Below are positions 12,400 through 25,460 of a DNA stretch of 64,000 bases, piece by piece. The stretch's first letter is position 1; each line of letters begins with the position of its first letter. This stretch comes from Glaucostegus cemiculus (taxonomy: Eukaryota). The translations under genes and the position numbers were made by a program. The stretch is from assembly GCA_976551045.1 (NCBI GenBank), contig CDPCPM010000213.1:4030001-4094000 (forward strand). The letters are read 5' to 3'. Under the pieces are notes generated by a model, which saw nothing but the letters and a program-made list of their open reading frames with translations, did no database searches and was not told the origin of the DNA.

Positions 12400-13335
12400 A
12401 ACTAGAAAGAAAGACAACATGTGTAGCAGTGGTATAAAGTCCATCAGCTGAGAGCACAGACACATATGGAAATACACCATGGTTATTGCCAAAAAATGGC
12501 TTAGAAGGGTAGAAACAGCAGCTAAATATTACCAATTACAGAAATTTGATGCAGAGAGGGGGATTAGTTAATAAAAATGGCAATGATTCAAGAAACAATA
12601 CCAGCTGTGAGGAAGTAAATAAAAAGGCTATATAGATTGAACAGAAGTGAAAAAGAGACAATCACATTACAGAATGTGTAGTTGTGATCAAATTGAGATA
12701 GAATAGCAAACATGTAGACAAGCTTCTGAGAACTGTGGGAGCAATGGTACAGGACCGGGACTAGCCCAATATTAACTATGATATTAAACAGTTAATATTA
12801 AACAGTGCCAAAGGCAGAGTGTGTAGAATTCTCAAAATGCATTGAAGAAACTTATTTAAAAATCAGAACCTAGTAAGCTCAGCAACAGAGAAGACATTTC
12901 TGGGCTTTATAGTAGAATAAACATGGACTGATGGAAAAATTATCAATGGGAAAGCATATTAGTGGCAGTGCTCACAACTATTTTAGATCTAGCATTGTTT
13001 CGATAAGTTAATTAGTAGAAGTATTGAAGGGTAATTAAGGATAAAACAAATCACTCAAAGATGAATGGCAGGTGTCCAAGACTAGCTGTTTGATAAACTG
13101 AAGGTAGAAATACCACATTTACAAAAAGTACCTAGAGAAGCACTTTAGCTGCATTGTACAAAACCTGGGCCTGGCCACAGGAAGAGGCCATGGCATGTGG
13201 AGCAGGATGAAAGATCGTGGAAACGACTCAAAAAGATTGAGAGATAGGAAGGAAGAATAATCCAAATAGCTCACTTTGGCCAGCACTGAATGCATGTGTG
13301 AATGGGTTCTTTCTGTGCCATGTGATTTCATAATT
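12400..13335 (+). mobile_element. Very old CR1-like fragments (endonuclease region and 3' tail)
   Basis: Weak similarity to the CR1 APE region, plus a tail ...gaatgggttctttctgtgccatgtgatttcata. Confidence 0.4.
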
Positions 13336-13482
13336 ATTTTCCATAATACCTTTTGCTAAAACTTATATGAGAGCAATATGGAAAACAATAAATTATTATA
13401 CATTAATTCTAAAATTTAACACCACTTGAGCCTAAATTAAGGCTGAATAGAATTAAAAACTACACATTGCTATACACAGAAA

Positions 13483-13520
13483 TACACAGCCTGCAGGAAG
13501 TACACAGCCTGCAGGAAGTA
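13483..13520. repeat. Perfect 18-bp tandem duplication TACACAGCCTGCAGGAAG x2
   Basis: Read directly from the sequence. Confidence 0.9.
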
Positions 13521-13711
13521 ACGGATCAGAATAAAATCAGATTAATGTAAATGACATATTAATCTCCACACTTTATGCCAGAAATAAGGCTAAGAATGCA
13601 AACAAAGCATCTCTTTCAAATGTAATTAGTGTGCAGGATGTTAATCTATAACGAAGAAATTCAAAACATGATTCATGCAAAATGTGCACTCTCAAAAAAT
13701 AATAAACATTG

Positions 13712-14432
13712 AAAAAAAAACAGCAGATACTAGAAATCCAAAATAAAAACAGGAAATTCTGGAAAAACTCAGGACAGGCAGCACAACAGATCATCCTTCA
13801 CAATTTCCACCAGCTTAAACAAGATTCCATCACCAGAAACATACCACTCTCCTCTTTCAGCATTTCAAAGGGTGCATTCCCACACAACTCCCTGGTTCAC
13901 ACTTCCATCCCTACCTCTGACTTACAGCATTTTCCTATGCAGCTACAGGATTTGCAATATCTGTCTGTTTACATCTCCCCACCATTCACACGCCCAACCA
14001 TCTTTCCAGATGAAGCAGCAATTCATTTGCATTTCTTCCAATCCAGTATATTGCATTTGGTGTTCACAATGCTGGAGAAACCAAACATAGGTTGGGTGAA
14101 TGTTTTATGGCGCACCTGTGTTTGACCCTGAGCTTTTGGTTGCCTGCAACTTCAGTGTTTCATCCCACTCCCACACTGACCTGCTTATGGCCACCTGCAC
14201 ATGACAATGAGGTCCGGTGCAGGTCTGGACATATTGTAGCCTTCCAGACAATATTGAATTCTCCAACCTTAGGAAACTCTTTCATTTTACATGTATCAGA
14301 ACTAGCCATTTCTGACAGTCTGCCATCTGTGATTTTGATTCAGTTCCCCTTGCCTCCACAGATGCTTCTTGTCAACTGAGTTCTTCCAGCAGTTTTGTTT
14401 TTGCTCAAGATTCCAGTATTTGCTGTCTTTTG
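13712..14432 (+). mobile_element. Penelope-like element remnant: Zn-linker/GIY-YIG endonuclease region between inverted terminal repeats
   Basis: Translations CSYRICNICLFTS, FQMKQQFICISSNPVYCIWCSQC and GETKHRLGECF resemble Penelope FTC.SSN.VYCI.C..C...YIGET.R.L..RF. Terminal repeat at 13712-13785 and its inverse at about 14355-14432. Confidence 0.8.
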
Positions 14433-14532
14433 TGTCACCATATTCACTTAAGACCTTCCTCACATCCCCTGCCTCTACACATAGGTTACCCCTTCGGCCC
14501 ATAAGAGGGCCTACCCTTTCCTTAGTTATCCA
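14433..14532 (-). mobile_element. CR1 ORF2 internal fragment
   Basis: Peptide ITKERVGPLMGRRGNLCVEAGDVRKVLSEY. Confidence 0.7.
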
Positions 14533-14544
14533 CAGTAACCCATT

Positions 14545-14732
14545 TGCTCTCACCCAACAGAGATATTCTCTTTGTCCAATCAGTCTCTTCCTCATGTTTG
14601 GTGCAATTTAAAACTAACTTATTTTCTCTCTTTGCTAGTTTACACAAATAATCTCAAACCTGAGCATTAACTCTGTCCACAGATGCTGCCTGATCTGCTC
14701 AGTGTTTCCAGCATTTTCTGTTTGTATCTCAA
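14545..14732. mobile_element. Penelope-like terminal repeat
   Basis: ccacagatgctgcctgatctgctcagtgtttccagcattttctg. Confidence 0.7.
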
Positions 14733-15344
14733 AATAAAGAAATTTTAGCTAATATTTAATCAAAAGGATTAAGGTAGAAGAGGGGGGAGAACAAATTCAG
14801 GGAACACAAGAGCACAAATAACATTATTTACTTCAGGTAAACTAATTAAAACATATTACCAAATAAAGCATATTCCCCATGATAAATTTGCAACTGATCT
14901 GCTAATCCAAAACATTAAACAAAGACAGATTACATCATTGTGCAAAGTGGTTGAACAAACTGATTTGGATCCAGTCTACTTGCTTATTTTAAATAGTGTT
15001 AAATTTGTCAAGATGTTAACAAAAGCAACAAAAAAAATCTTTGAAATAATTTACTGACAAAAATTTGTTGGTGAAAGGTTTATGCAAAAAATTTGTTGGG
15101 GAAAGAAATGAAAGTTTTATTCATCACAAACAGTGGAAGATCAATATGCAAAGAAGTCACTCTTGCACCCAAAAAAAATCACTCACCACACCAATCACCA
15201 AAATTGCTTGAGCCCTATCACATGATTAGGCAAAGACTGAAACTTTACTGAATTGATTATCAGGCAGTTTTCAAACCTAATCAAAAACATTTGTTAACAT
15301 GAATTAACAAAAGGAGATTAACCTAGCAGTTTCAGTGAGGCACA

Positions 15345-16590
15345 CACTTAAATACATAAATAAATACTGCATAGATAATGGCAAAATATTTAGCAGATTA
15401 GACAACAGCTATGGAAAATGAAACAGTTAATACATCACATCAATCTTTTGTCAGAACTGGTGGAAGTTAATTTAAGTTTAAAATAAGTATCAAACCAACA
15501 AAAGGATGAAGAAGTGGTGAGCGGGAGAAAAGACAAAAGTCTGTGCCTGTTACAGGATAGAACACAGGAATAACTAAATAGCAAAAGAAATGAAGTCCAA
15601 GTAAAAGGGAATGCTAATTGATCAGTAAAGACGTAAATAACAAGCACAAGAACAGAAAGAACAAAGCCATCACAAATATTCAATGAGCCAAAAATTAGCA
15701 ATGGTTATGATCTGAAACTGCACAATATTGAGTTGAGAACATTGCGAAGAACCTAAGTGAAAGATGAAGCACTTCTGAAGTTTAAGCTTAGCTTCAGTGG
15801 AATAGAAATAGCAAATGCTGGCAACACTTAGCAGCTTAGGTTTTATTTATGAAGACAGATCGAATTACTGATGGTCCTTCATCAGAATTGACAATAAGGA
15901 TACACAAGTTTTAAAATACAAAGAAAGAATGGGAAGATTTGTGATAGAGTAAACCACATCATGAGCAGCAAACAGTGTAAACCAAATTGAAAGTAGCATA
16001 TATAAATCACTGGTTCAAGTGGAAAGCATGTTAGGGATCATAGAATTTAGGAAGGCAGGTGGTAAATGGGCAGGTGTTACATGTTTTGCAGTTACAATGG
16101 TAAGGTTTTAAGGAAAGAAGAATGTGTATAGAAGATGGAAGAACTAGAAACACCCAAGATCCTTCAGAATACTGAAGGGTGAAGAAAGGAGAAGATACAT
16201 TTGATGGTCTCATTTCATGGGAGTTATTAGAAATTGCTGAGGTTTTCTGCGTAGGCTGATGGAGTGAAAAGTGAAGATGGGAAATCCTAAGCTGCTTCTG
16301 GGAATGGGGAGGAGAGATAAGGGAAATATTATGGATAGAGTCAAGAGCATCATGGCCATGATGGAGTAGATTCCACAGTTGAGGGAAACAAGGAAGACAA
16401 ATTGGAAGCAGACTGTCATCTTCCACAGATTTAACAGAAAAAGGGAAACAGAGAATGGAGTAGTATCTCAAAAGCAGGGTGGGAGGAAAATGTAGTTGAG
16501 AAAAGTAGAAAGTTGGAATACAGTGGGAAGGACAGAGCCGAGAGGTTAGTGTGGAAAGCGGCAAAAATTTAACTTCACTCTCATCCCCAA
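15345..16590 (-). mobile_element. Decayed Penelope-like element(s)
   Basis: Terminal-repeat copies near 15350-15460 and 15805-15890; minus-strand PYHCNCKTCNTCPFTT Zn-linker motif (ORF 16031..16564). Confidence 0.65.
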
Positions 16591-16689
16591 ACTGAGAAAT
16601 TAACCAATATGTTCAGTCACTTGATCACCCAAATCTGTATTTGGCTCCCAAACTAAGGGAGACTGGATAGTGAGAAACAAATAAAGCAT

Positions 16690-18110
16690 TAAATTGAAAA
16701 CAGTACTGTTTCCAGGACTTTTCAAGTCCAAACATGTATGGCTAATTTGAATGAATTCTTTGACGAGGTGACAGTGAAGAACAAGGAAAGTTGTGCAGTA
16801 AACAGAGGATTTTTGCAAGACACTGAATGTTTCACACAGGAGGCTTATTAAAAAAATAAAAACTTATTGACAAGAGATAAACAGTTTCATGACTGCAAAT
16901 AAAAACAGCAAGTGCTGGAAACACTCAGCAGCTCAGGCAGCATCTAGGGAAAGACAATCAGTTCGCATTTCAGGTCCCAGGTCCTTCAGAACCTTTCCGC
17001 TTTTTTTCAAATGGCACCTTCCTCCCACCCTGCTTCCTGATACACTGTTCCATCCTCCCAGTTTCTCTTTCTCCATCAGATCTGTTCCAATGGAAGTTTT
17101 AGGACTTGAAACATCCTGTATTTCTTTCCACAGATGCTGCCTGACATGCAGGGTGTTTACTGCGTTTTCTGTTTTCATTTAAAATTTTTAGTGTCTGTAG
17201 CTTTTTTTTTGATTTTCAAATATGAATAGATAGGTAATCCTGTAACATGGGCAAAAGATGGCAATAAATGTTTTTTTTGTGACTTTGATGTAATTTGCTA
17301 TGGTGTTCCACGTTCTGGTTCAATTATTCTTTGAAGCTATTATAAGCAAACTAGACTACACATAGGGAGAAGCGTTAAGATTTCATATGATACAAAGCTT
17401 GCAAAATAGTATATCACAATGTGAATAGTTATAGGTTTCAGGTTGACTGGGATGGGATGGTGAAATGAATTAATGCATGGCACATGGAATTCATCACTTG
17501 GAGAGAACTAAAATGGAAAGACTGCATACTGTAAATTATACATTTTTGTTACAGGTGTGGATGAGAAAGCTTTGATGTCATAGAACACTAGCCCTCGTAG
17601 GTGGCAGCATAATTTGATAAAGCCAATGGGTCACTTGGATTTGTAAACAAAGTGGAATATAAAAACAAAGAAATCATACTTGAACTTTGCAATTCACTTA
17701 TAACTGTGGAGAATTTTTGGTATCACATTTCTCAAAAAAAATACAAAGGATTTGGAAAGGATACAAAAGGAGCTTTACAAAAATGTTTTTCAGAAATGAA
17801 TAATTTTAGTTAAAATGTGAGGTAGAAAAGTTAGGACTGTTCCCCTCAGCACAGAGAAGACCTGACATAAGTTTTGAAAATTGAAAGATTTTAATAAATT
17901 AGCCCCTCTCACATATAGGCTTAAACTCTAAAGGTTATGAATTCAAAATCAATGGCAAAAGATCTAAAGGAAGAAAATAAAAATCACTGTTGGTATCTCA
18001 GATGGTTTGTTGGAAAAGTCAAATAGATATGGTAGGATGAAGAATATTGAGGTACAGGCCAAAAACAGTTTAAAGAGGCTCTGTGGGTTACATGATCCTT
18101 TCTGCAATTT
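16690..18110 (+). mobile_element. Old CR1 LINE RT region, interrupted by a palindromic Penelope-derived element
   Basis: C.ANLNEFFDEVT...DFCK-like segment before 16870; degenerate CR1 RT/C-terminal sequence resumes after about 17225. Confidence 0.6.
16890..17220. mobile_element. Palindromic Penelope-derived mini-element
   Basis: Left arm aaataaaaacagcaagtgctggaaacactcagcagctcaggcagcatct; inverted right arm cacagatgctgcctgacatgcagggtgtttactgcgttttctgttttcatt. Confidence 0.75.
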
Positions 18111-18149
18111 AACAAAGTGCAAGTAAATCTATTTCAGCATTTCAGCCAT

Positions 18150-18455
18150 CCCTCCTTGCGACCAAGCCTTTACCAATTAAGCCTTGACCAATGCCATTAC
18201 TGCCAGATTTTGCAATGCATAATCACCTTGCTAATGTTTTGATTGTAAAGTCATTTGGTTCTTTCCACCCCTCTAACTACCCAACTTTCGCTATGTCTTA
18301 AAATCTTTTGCATAATTAACTTTTTCCAGTTCTGACAAGCGGTTATTAATCTAAGAAAAACAAAACTGCTCCACTGATGTTGCCTGACCTTTGAAGTACT
18401 TTAGACTTGTACTGCTTTCAGACTTCCAGTAGCTGCAGTAATTTCCTTTTGCTTA
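18150..18455. mobile_element. Penelope-like terminal repeat
   Basis: ccagttctgacaag...tgatgttgcctgacc...ttcagacttccagtagctgcagta. Confidence 0.55.
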
Positions 18456-18469
18456 AATAATATATAGTA

Positions 18470-19820
18470 ATAGAGTCATACAGCAGGGAAACAGGCCCTT
18501 TGGCCTAACTCATTCATGGACTCTGTTGCCCAGCAAGCTAGTACCATCTGCCTGCATTTGGTCCACAGCCCTCTAAACCTCTCCTATCCATGTACTTATC
18601 TAGACAGCTTTTAAATGTTGCTAATGTGCCTGCCTCAACCACTATTTCTGGCAATTCATTCCAAATACGCATCACCCTTTGCATGAAGAAGCTGCCCTTG
18701 ATGTCCCTTTTAAATCTCTCACCTCTTATCTTAAACCTATGCCCTCCTGCTTTTAGCAATCCCCCTCTGGGAAAAAGACTCTGTACTTTCACCCTGTCTA
18801 TGTCTCTCATGATCTTATACATCTCTATCAGGTCACCCCTCAAACTCCTACGTTCCAGGGAATAAAGCCCTGGTCTATGCAACCTCTCCTTGTAACCCAG
18901 ATGCCCAAGTCCAGTCAACATCCTGGTAAATCTTTTCTGTACTCTTTCTAGTTTAATAACATCATTCCTGTAACAGGATGACCAAAACTGTACACAATAC
19001 TCCAAGTGCAGCCTCACTAACATCTTGTATAACTGCATCACAACTTCCCAACTCCTGTACTCAATGCCCTGATTAATGAAGGCCAGTATGCCAAAACACC
19101 TTCTTCATCATCCTATCTACCTTTGACACCACTTTCAACGGACTATGCACTTGCAATCCTAGGTCCCTCTGTTCCGTGACACTCCCCAGGGCCCTACCAT
19201 TCACTGTTCAAGTCCTGATTTGATCTGGATTGAAAGCCATTTGCCAATCCTCAGCCCAGATATCTCGCTGATCTCGATCTCCCTGTAATCTTTCATAACC
19301 TTCTACACTAACAACAACACCTATTTTACTCTCATCCACAAACTTACTAACCATGCTTTGTACATTCACATCCAAATCATTTATATAAATTACAAACAAC
19401 AAAGGTCCCAGCACCTACTCCTGTGGCACAGCACTAGACACAGGCCTCCATTCTGAGAAACAACCCTCAACCATCACCTTCTGCTTCCTACCACTGAGCC
19501 AATTATGAATCCAATTTGCCATCTCCCCTTTGTTCCCATGCAATCTAACCTTCCAGACTAGCCTGCTATGAGGAACTCATCAAAAGCCTTGCTAAGGTCC
19601 ATATGGACAACATCCACTGCCCTATCCTCATCTACCTTCTTGGTTACCTCCTCGAAAAACTCCAAGAGATTTGTTGGACACAACTTCCCACACAGAATCA
19701 AACCCGTTCTCTCCAAATGTTGGTAGCTCCCACCCCTCAGCATCCCCTACAGCAATTTACCCACCACTGAGGTCAGTCTCACTGGTCTGTAATTTCCTGA
19801 CTTGTTTTTGCTACCTGGAA
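18470..19820 (-). mobile_element. Relatively young 5'-truncated CR1 LINE with internal deletions
   Basis: ORF 18538..19041 (LYKMLVRLHLEYCVQFWS...LERVQKRFTRM), LGPLLFVIYINDLD..SKFVDESK, NLLEFFEEVTKKVDEDRAVDVVHMDLSKAFD, GNYRPVRLTSVVGKLL; tail atagagtcatacagca. Confidence 0.92.
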
Positions 19821-19922
19821 TTTGATGATAATTGTAAAGGAGCTGGTTTAATGGGAGAGACAAACAAGAATTCAGATTATGTTTTAGACAAAGAATTACT
19901 GGGTGTTCTAAACTGTTTGGAG

Positions 19923-20420
19923 TTAGAGTCATACAGCACGGAAACAGGCTCTTTGGCCCAACAGGTCCAAGCTAACCAAGATGCCCATCTAAGTTAGTCC
20001 CATTTGCCCATAATCTTCTTAAACCTTTCATATCCAATACCTATCCAATTGTCTTAAAAGTTACTGTACCTGCCTCAACCACTTCCTCTGCCAACTCATT
20101 ATATACCACCCGCTGTATTTAAAAAAAAAAGTTGTCCATCAAGTTCTTATTAGATCTTTCTCCTCTCACCTTAAAACTATGCCGCCTTGTTCGTGACTCC
20201 TCAACTCTGGGGAAAAAGACTGAGTGTACTGACCCTATCATTGCCCCTCATAATTTTATATACCTCTATAAGATCATATCTCAGGTGCCTATGCTCCAAG
20301 GGGAAAATAATGTCCTAGCCTGTCCAATCACTCCTCTGTAACTCAGTCCCTCAAGTCCTGGGAACGTCCTTGTAAATATTTTCTGCACTCTTTTCAGTTT
20401 AATAATATCTTTCCTATAGA
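19923..20420 (-). mobile_element. CR1 3' fragment, same family as 18470-19820
   Basis: ttagagtcatacagcacggaaacaggc tail and colinear similarity to 18470-18975. Confidence 0.85.
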
Positions 20421-21109
20421 TCTCGAAGTATCATACAACATCACAAATCTATGCAAACTGACACATCTTGTAACCTAGGTGTTTCAGCATAAATAGGCTA
20501 CACAAAAAAAAACATTTTCTTCATTAGCATGCAAATCTCCTACCATTATTATTACAAAACACAAGCAAACTGTGTGAATAAAAGATCTAGGAATTAGAAA
20601 AAAAATAATGAAAAAAAAAGTAGCAGATTCTGAGATTCATTACAGGTGTCATTAGATGTCCATCCTACTTCTTGCACACACATACAAATACATCCTTAAC
20701 CTACAATTGAAATCCATCACCAAATATTATGAATTATACACTAGAAAAATCCTACACATATACTACCAGATTACAGCAATAGGAGGAAACAGTCATTTTC
20801 CTCATTCAATGGCTGACATTAGATTTTTAAAAGATTCAAGATTATGATCAAGGGTTCTGAAAATGCATGATACCACCTTCCCAGAAATTTGGCTTTTCCT
20901 TTAAAGTAGTACTTGTTGGCCTAGATATGGGAATATTTTACAGCAGAACTTCAATGAACAAGTTTGCTATTGTTAGATCATATCTTCCATAATTCAATGG
21001 ATAAAGGATATGCAATAGGATCCCTTTGGGACATGGCTTGATACTTCATTTCAAAATACGCAACTAAGGAGTTTGTTTTTAGTAAATGATTGAATTTCAC
21101 AAGGAGATG

Positions 21110-22205
21110 ATGTTCACACTGGAATGCAATGTGGAAAACATAAGATTATGTAATTGAGCAGTAAAAACAGAAATACTGAGTATTTCTTTAAAATGGTAGA
21201 AAATTGGGACCTAGGTGCCCTTGTACACAAATTACTGAAAGGTAATGTGCAGGTGTAGCAGGCGGTCAGAAAGGCAAATGGTACGCTGGCCTGCATTGCT
21301 AGAAGATTTTCTGACAAAGAGTAAAGATGTCACACTACAATTATACAGAGACTTGGAGAAAACAAACCTGGAGTAATGTGTACAATTTTGGTCCCCTTAC
21401 ATGAAAAAGGGGCATACGTACTATAAAGGGGAATGCAGCAAAGACTCATCAACTTAGTTCATGGGGTGGATTACGACAGGGTTCTGTTCCCAAAACCTGT
21501 TTGATGTGATAGGAGAATAAGCAGGCACAGCAAGAGCAGCTGCCAGCTGGCTCATTGACTCAGTGAGTTAGTGAGTCTGCTCAATGCTCCCAGATCTGTT
21601 CAGCACCACTCAACCCCCGAATGTTGGCTGGGGGTGGGGGGGGGGGGGGGGGGGGGGGTGGTTGGAGAGAGAAGGTATGTGGAAGTGCCCTCATTCCACA
21701 GCAGAAGATGCCTGCAACTCCACAGAAGCTGGCAGATCCATCCCCATCCATCCCACTGGTCTCCCAAGTGCTTGGTTGTATGTATGGGCTACCCATACAT
21801 CAGGGGTTTGTCACTTGTGGTGGACTGGGATTCTCCAGAGTTTAGAAAAATCAGCAGCAATCTCATTGAAAAATGCAAAATTGTTAGAAGGTAGATACAG
21901 GGAGAATTTTTCCTATGGTTAATGATTCTAGAACTAGGAGTCACAGTCTCAAAACAAGAGGTAGGACATTTAGGACAGAAATTAGGAGAAATTTCTTTAC
22001 TCACATGGTGTTGAATAATTGAACTTATCTATGCCCAGAGAGCTGTAGACAGTCAGTCATTAATTATATTCAAAACCAAGGTTGAAAGATTTCTGGATAT
22101 AAGGGGATAAGCCAAGAAAACGTTAAGAAAGATATCAGCCATGATCCAGTTGTATGGCAGAACAAGCTCAAGGGGTCGAATGGCCTACTTTGCTCCTATT
22201 TCTTA
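21110..22205 (+). mobile_element. CR1 3' portion split by a ~330-bp insert (about 21469-21801)
   Basis: KANGTLACIARR and LEKTNLE.CVQFWSP-like segments; tail aaggggtcgaatggcctactttgctcctatttctta. Confidence 0.8.
21630..21660 (+). repeat. G-tract (G5-T-G23)
   Basis: Read directly from the sequence. Confidence 0.9.
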
Positions 22206-23714
22206 CCTGCATATCTTCTCATTTATATGATTTTATTATGACATTATCAATCAACTGGATTTCATGATCAAAATTCTGAAGCAAGTTATAAAACAGAGCA
22301 CCTGAAGGAAAATTAGTTAAAACCATGTCACCCACTGGTCACACAAATTCAAAGAAAATGCCTTCCTAATCCAACACTTTAAACTGGATTTCCATAGAAT
22401 ACACACTGCATGTGGTTCAGAATTTTAGACAAGCCAAAATCACAATTCTCTTCACTAGATCATTGCTTAAAAATATTTTGCAATTACACATTTAGCAACA
22501 CATCTCTCATCAAGTTTAGGATACACAAACCTGCTTATTTACCGATGTTTTAATGACTCTCAAACTTGCACAATTAAATAGAAGTCATTCATCTTTATGA
22601 ACAAAAACCCAGAGAACATTATGTAATTCAAGTAAAGAACACCATTCCATCATAGTGATATTGCTGCTTCTAAGATAAATAGGATAAAAACTCAATGGTA
22701 TTGCCTAGAGGATGAAAAAAATCAATACCACAAACTAGATTCTAGTAACGTGAAGCAGAACATTTTATTTTAATTCTAATAAAAGAAGAATATTTTGAAA
22801 CTTAAAGCTCTCCTTTAAAAAGTTTTTTTTGCACAAGCTATTTTTATAGTGTGTACTTTTGTAGCTGACGTGGTAGAGCTATTTTTAAATGAGAACAGGC
22901 GGACAGCCATGACTTGTTTGCACAGTTGATCCCTCAGAGTTAATGTCAAGGACTCCATTAGGCAACAAACAGCAAAATCATGTGCCAGTATTACTAGCCA
23001 TCAAAAAGAAAGCCATAATTCTTCTCTTCAGATTAACCTTATCCTATTCAGACCAAACAAAACATTTTTCACAATAACCAAGAACAATAGTTTGCTTGTT
23101 TAATAAGTCAGTAGGTGGTTACTTTTTTCATTTTCAGGATGTGGAAGCCCCTGATAAGGACAGCATTTTTCGTTCATCCCTATTTGAAAGTGATGCTGAC
23201 CCTTCTTCCACTAAAGTAGTATTGCACAATGAGAAGTTTGCTTGGTTATATTACAAGGCAATTAAGTGTCAACCACATTACCACAAGAATTTTACATCAA
23301 AGATCAATTGCATAGAAAGGTAATTGACAGCACAGTAATCACCTCACAGTCCAAATCTCTTCTTTTCATCAACAGAGCAAAACACTAAATGACTAATCTG
23401 TTTGGGAATCGTATACAGGCCAGTTTGCCCAGGTACAATTGGGCAGGTGTGTCAATTGTGCTATTTTCTACTTAGCAGAAAATATCATACTACAACATGT
23501 CTCAAATCATAATTGCCCAGGCAAGCTTTGTTTTATTTTGACCTCACTGTTCAGAATATGGGAGTCATTCAGCCCTTTGAGCCTGCTCTCCATAAGATCA
23601 CGGCACATCTCCCCAAGCTCCATACACCCTCATTTTTGATGAGATATTGTTAACAACAACTTTGAAAAGTGTCATGTTTCTTTTGCTGGTTACATGGTTG
23701 AACTACAATGCCTC

Positions 23715-23935
23715 TGCCAGTAGGTTAAGTTACTGAACTAACAGAGACACAAGCTCAAACCCCACAATAACTCAGGAATTCATATTCAGTTAATTTCATT
23801 AGCTGGAATTTGAAAAGGCTATTCTCAATAACAATAACCATTGAATTATTGGACTGTTATGAAGAAAAAAATCAACTAATCTCCTTCAGGGAAAGAACTC
23901 CACTGTATATGATTTAAGACTCTGAAGTGCCCTCT
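23715..23935 (+). mobile_element. Decayed tRNA-derived SINE
   Basis: B-box-like gctcaaacccc followed by ggaatt...ctccttcagggaaagaactc..., resembling a recalled elasmobranch SINE body. Confidence 0.45.
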
Positions 23936-23959
23936 AGCAACAATGGTGGAGCCCTGCAG

Positions 23960-25460
23960 ATGAGCGTTAAGCATTGCAACCATCTTTAGACACAAGTGCT
24001 CAGTGGATGATCCATGTCAATTTCCTCCAGTCTTTAACCAATTCAATTTGCTCCCATATGATATCAAGAGCCAGCCGAGAGCACAAGATCTTAATAAGAC
24101 AATGGGACCAGATGACCTTGCATTTGTGCTGCAGTAGAGTTACCCTCCAGAACAAACCACACTTACAGCCAAGCTATTGCAGTACAATTATCACAATGAC
24201 AGCCACTTGACAAAGTGGAAAAAATGTCCAGGTATATTCTATCAACAGGAAACAGATTATCCCTGAATCAGTCTACTTTCTCTGTAATGAAAGGCATCTG
24301 TAGTGCTAATCAAGCAGCAGATGCCAATAACATGCTCATCAATTCTCAGTATGAATTTTAGCAGCCCATTCAGCTCTGGACCAAATTTTAGCCTCGGTTT
24401 AAACAAAATGTTGAATTCCGGAGGACAACTGGGATTGACTGCCCTTGACATCAAGACAACATTTGACCAAATGTAGCACCAAGGAACCCTGATAAAACCA
24501 AAGTCAATGGGTATCAAGAGGGAAACTCTGCAATGGTTTGGGCCATACCTCATACGAAAGTCAATCATCTCAACCCCTGGACACTGCCTCAGGAATTCGG
24601 CAAGGCAATGTCCAAAGCCCAGCCATCACTCATTGCTTCATTAATTACTTTCTATCCATTACTGGGTCATAACTGCAGATAGTTGCTAACAATTTGCACA
24701 ATGCTTAGCACTATTCACAATCAACACCGCCCCCCCCCCGCCACCCAACCTACATATGGCATGGCAGATCTGATAGAAGCTTAAGTGACATTAGACAAAT
24801 ACAATGACCAATTGCCAAAAGAGCCTAAATATCTACCCTTGATACTAATGGCATTAGCACTGATGAATGTCTACCATCAACATCCTGACCAGCGTGATTG
24901 ACTGGAAATTCAACAGCATCAGCCACGCAAATATTGTGACTAAACACAGATCAGAGGCCAAGTATTTTGCAGTGAATAACTCACCTCCTGACAGCAAGCA
25001 CCTACAATATAAAAGTCAGAAGTACAATAGAATATTCTCCACATGCCTGGAAGAGTGTAACTCCAGTAACATTCAAGATATTCAAAACTAACTAAGCAGC
25101 CTACTTAAACTGCATCCCACCAACAAACCTAAACATTCAAAGTCTCCATCAACACTGCACACCGGCTGCATCAACAAAATGCACTACAGTAACTTGCCTA
25201 GCCTGTTCCAACAACACCACTCACACTTGCAATCTCTCCTACGAGAATCAAGAAAAAAAATACAACAGAAGTACCACACCATGCTGAACTGGGCAAATGT
25301 CACTTGATGATAATCCTGGAACTTCCTACTCATTTCCAACATGGAGTACTATTATCTAAAGGATTGCAGCAGTCATAAAGATTACCTATCTTCTAGGGCA
25401 GATAGGGTTGGTCAGAAAATGCTGGCCTGTCCAGTGATGCCCAGATCCTGGCAATGAGAT
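23960..25460 (+). mobile_element. CR1/L2-group LINE (family B), RT region and 3' tail
   Basis: gactgcccttgacatcaagacaacatttgacc (TALDIKTTFD) RT motif; tail ctagggcagatagggttggtcagaaaatgctggcctgtccagtgatgccc. Confidence 0.75.

Noticed and set aside
18538-19041. 167-aa ORF as a host gene
   Set aside because: It is the C-terminus of CR1 ORF2; upstream parts are frameshifted or deleted.
21571-21922. Overlapping poly-Gly/poly-Pro ORFs
   Set aside because: Artefact of the G homopolymer.
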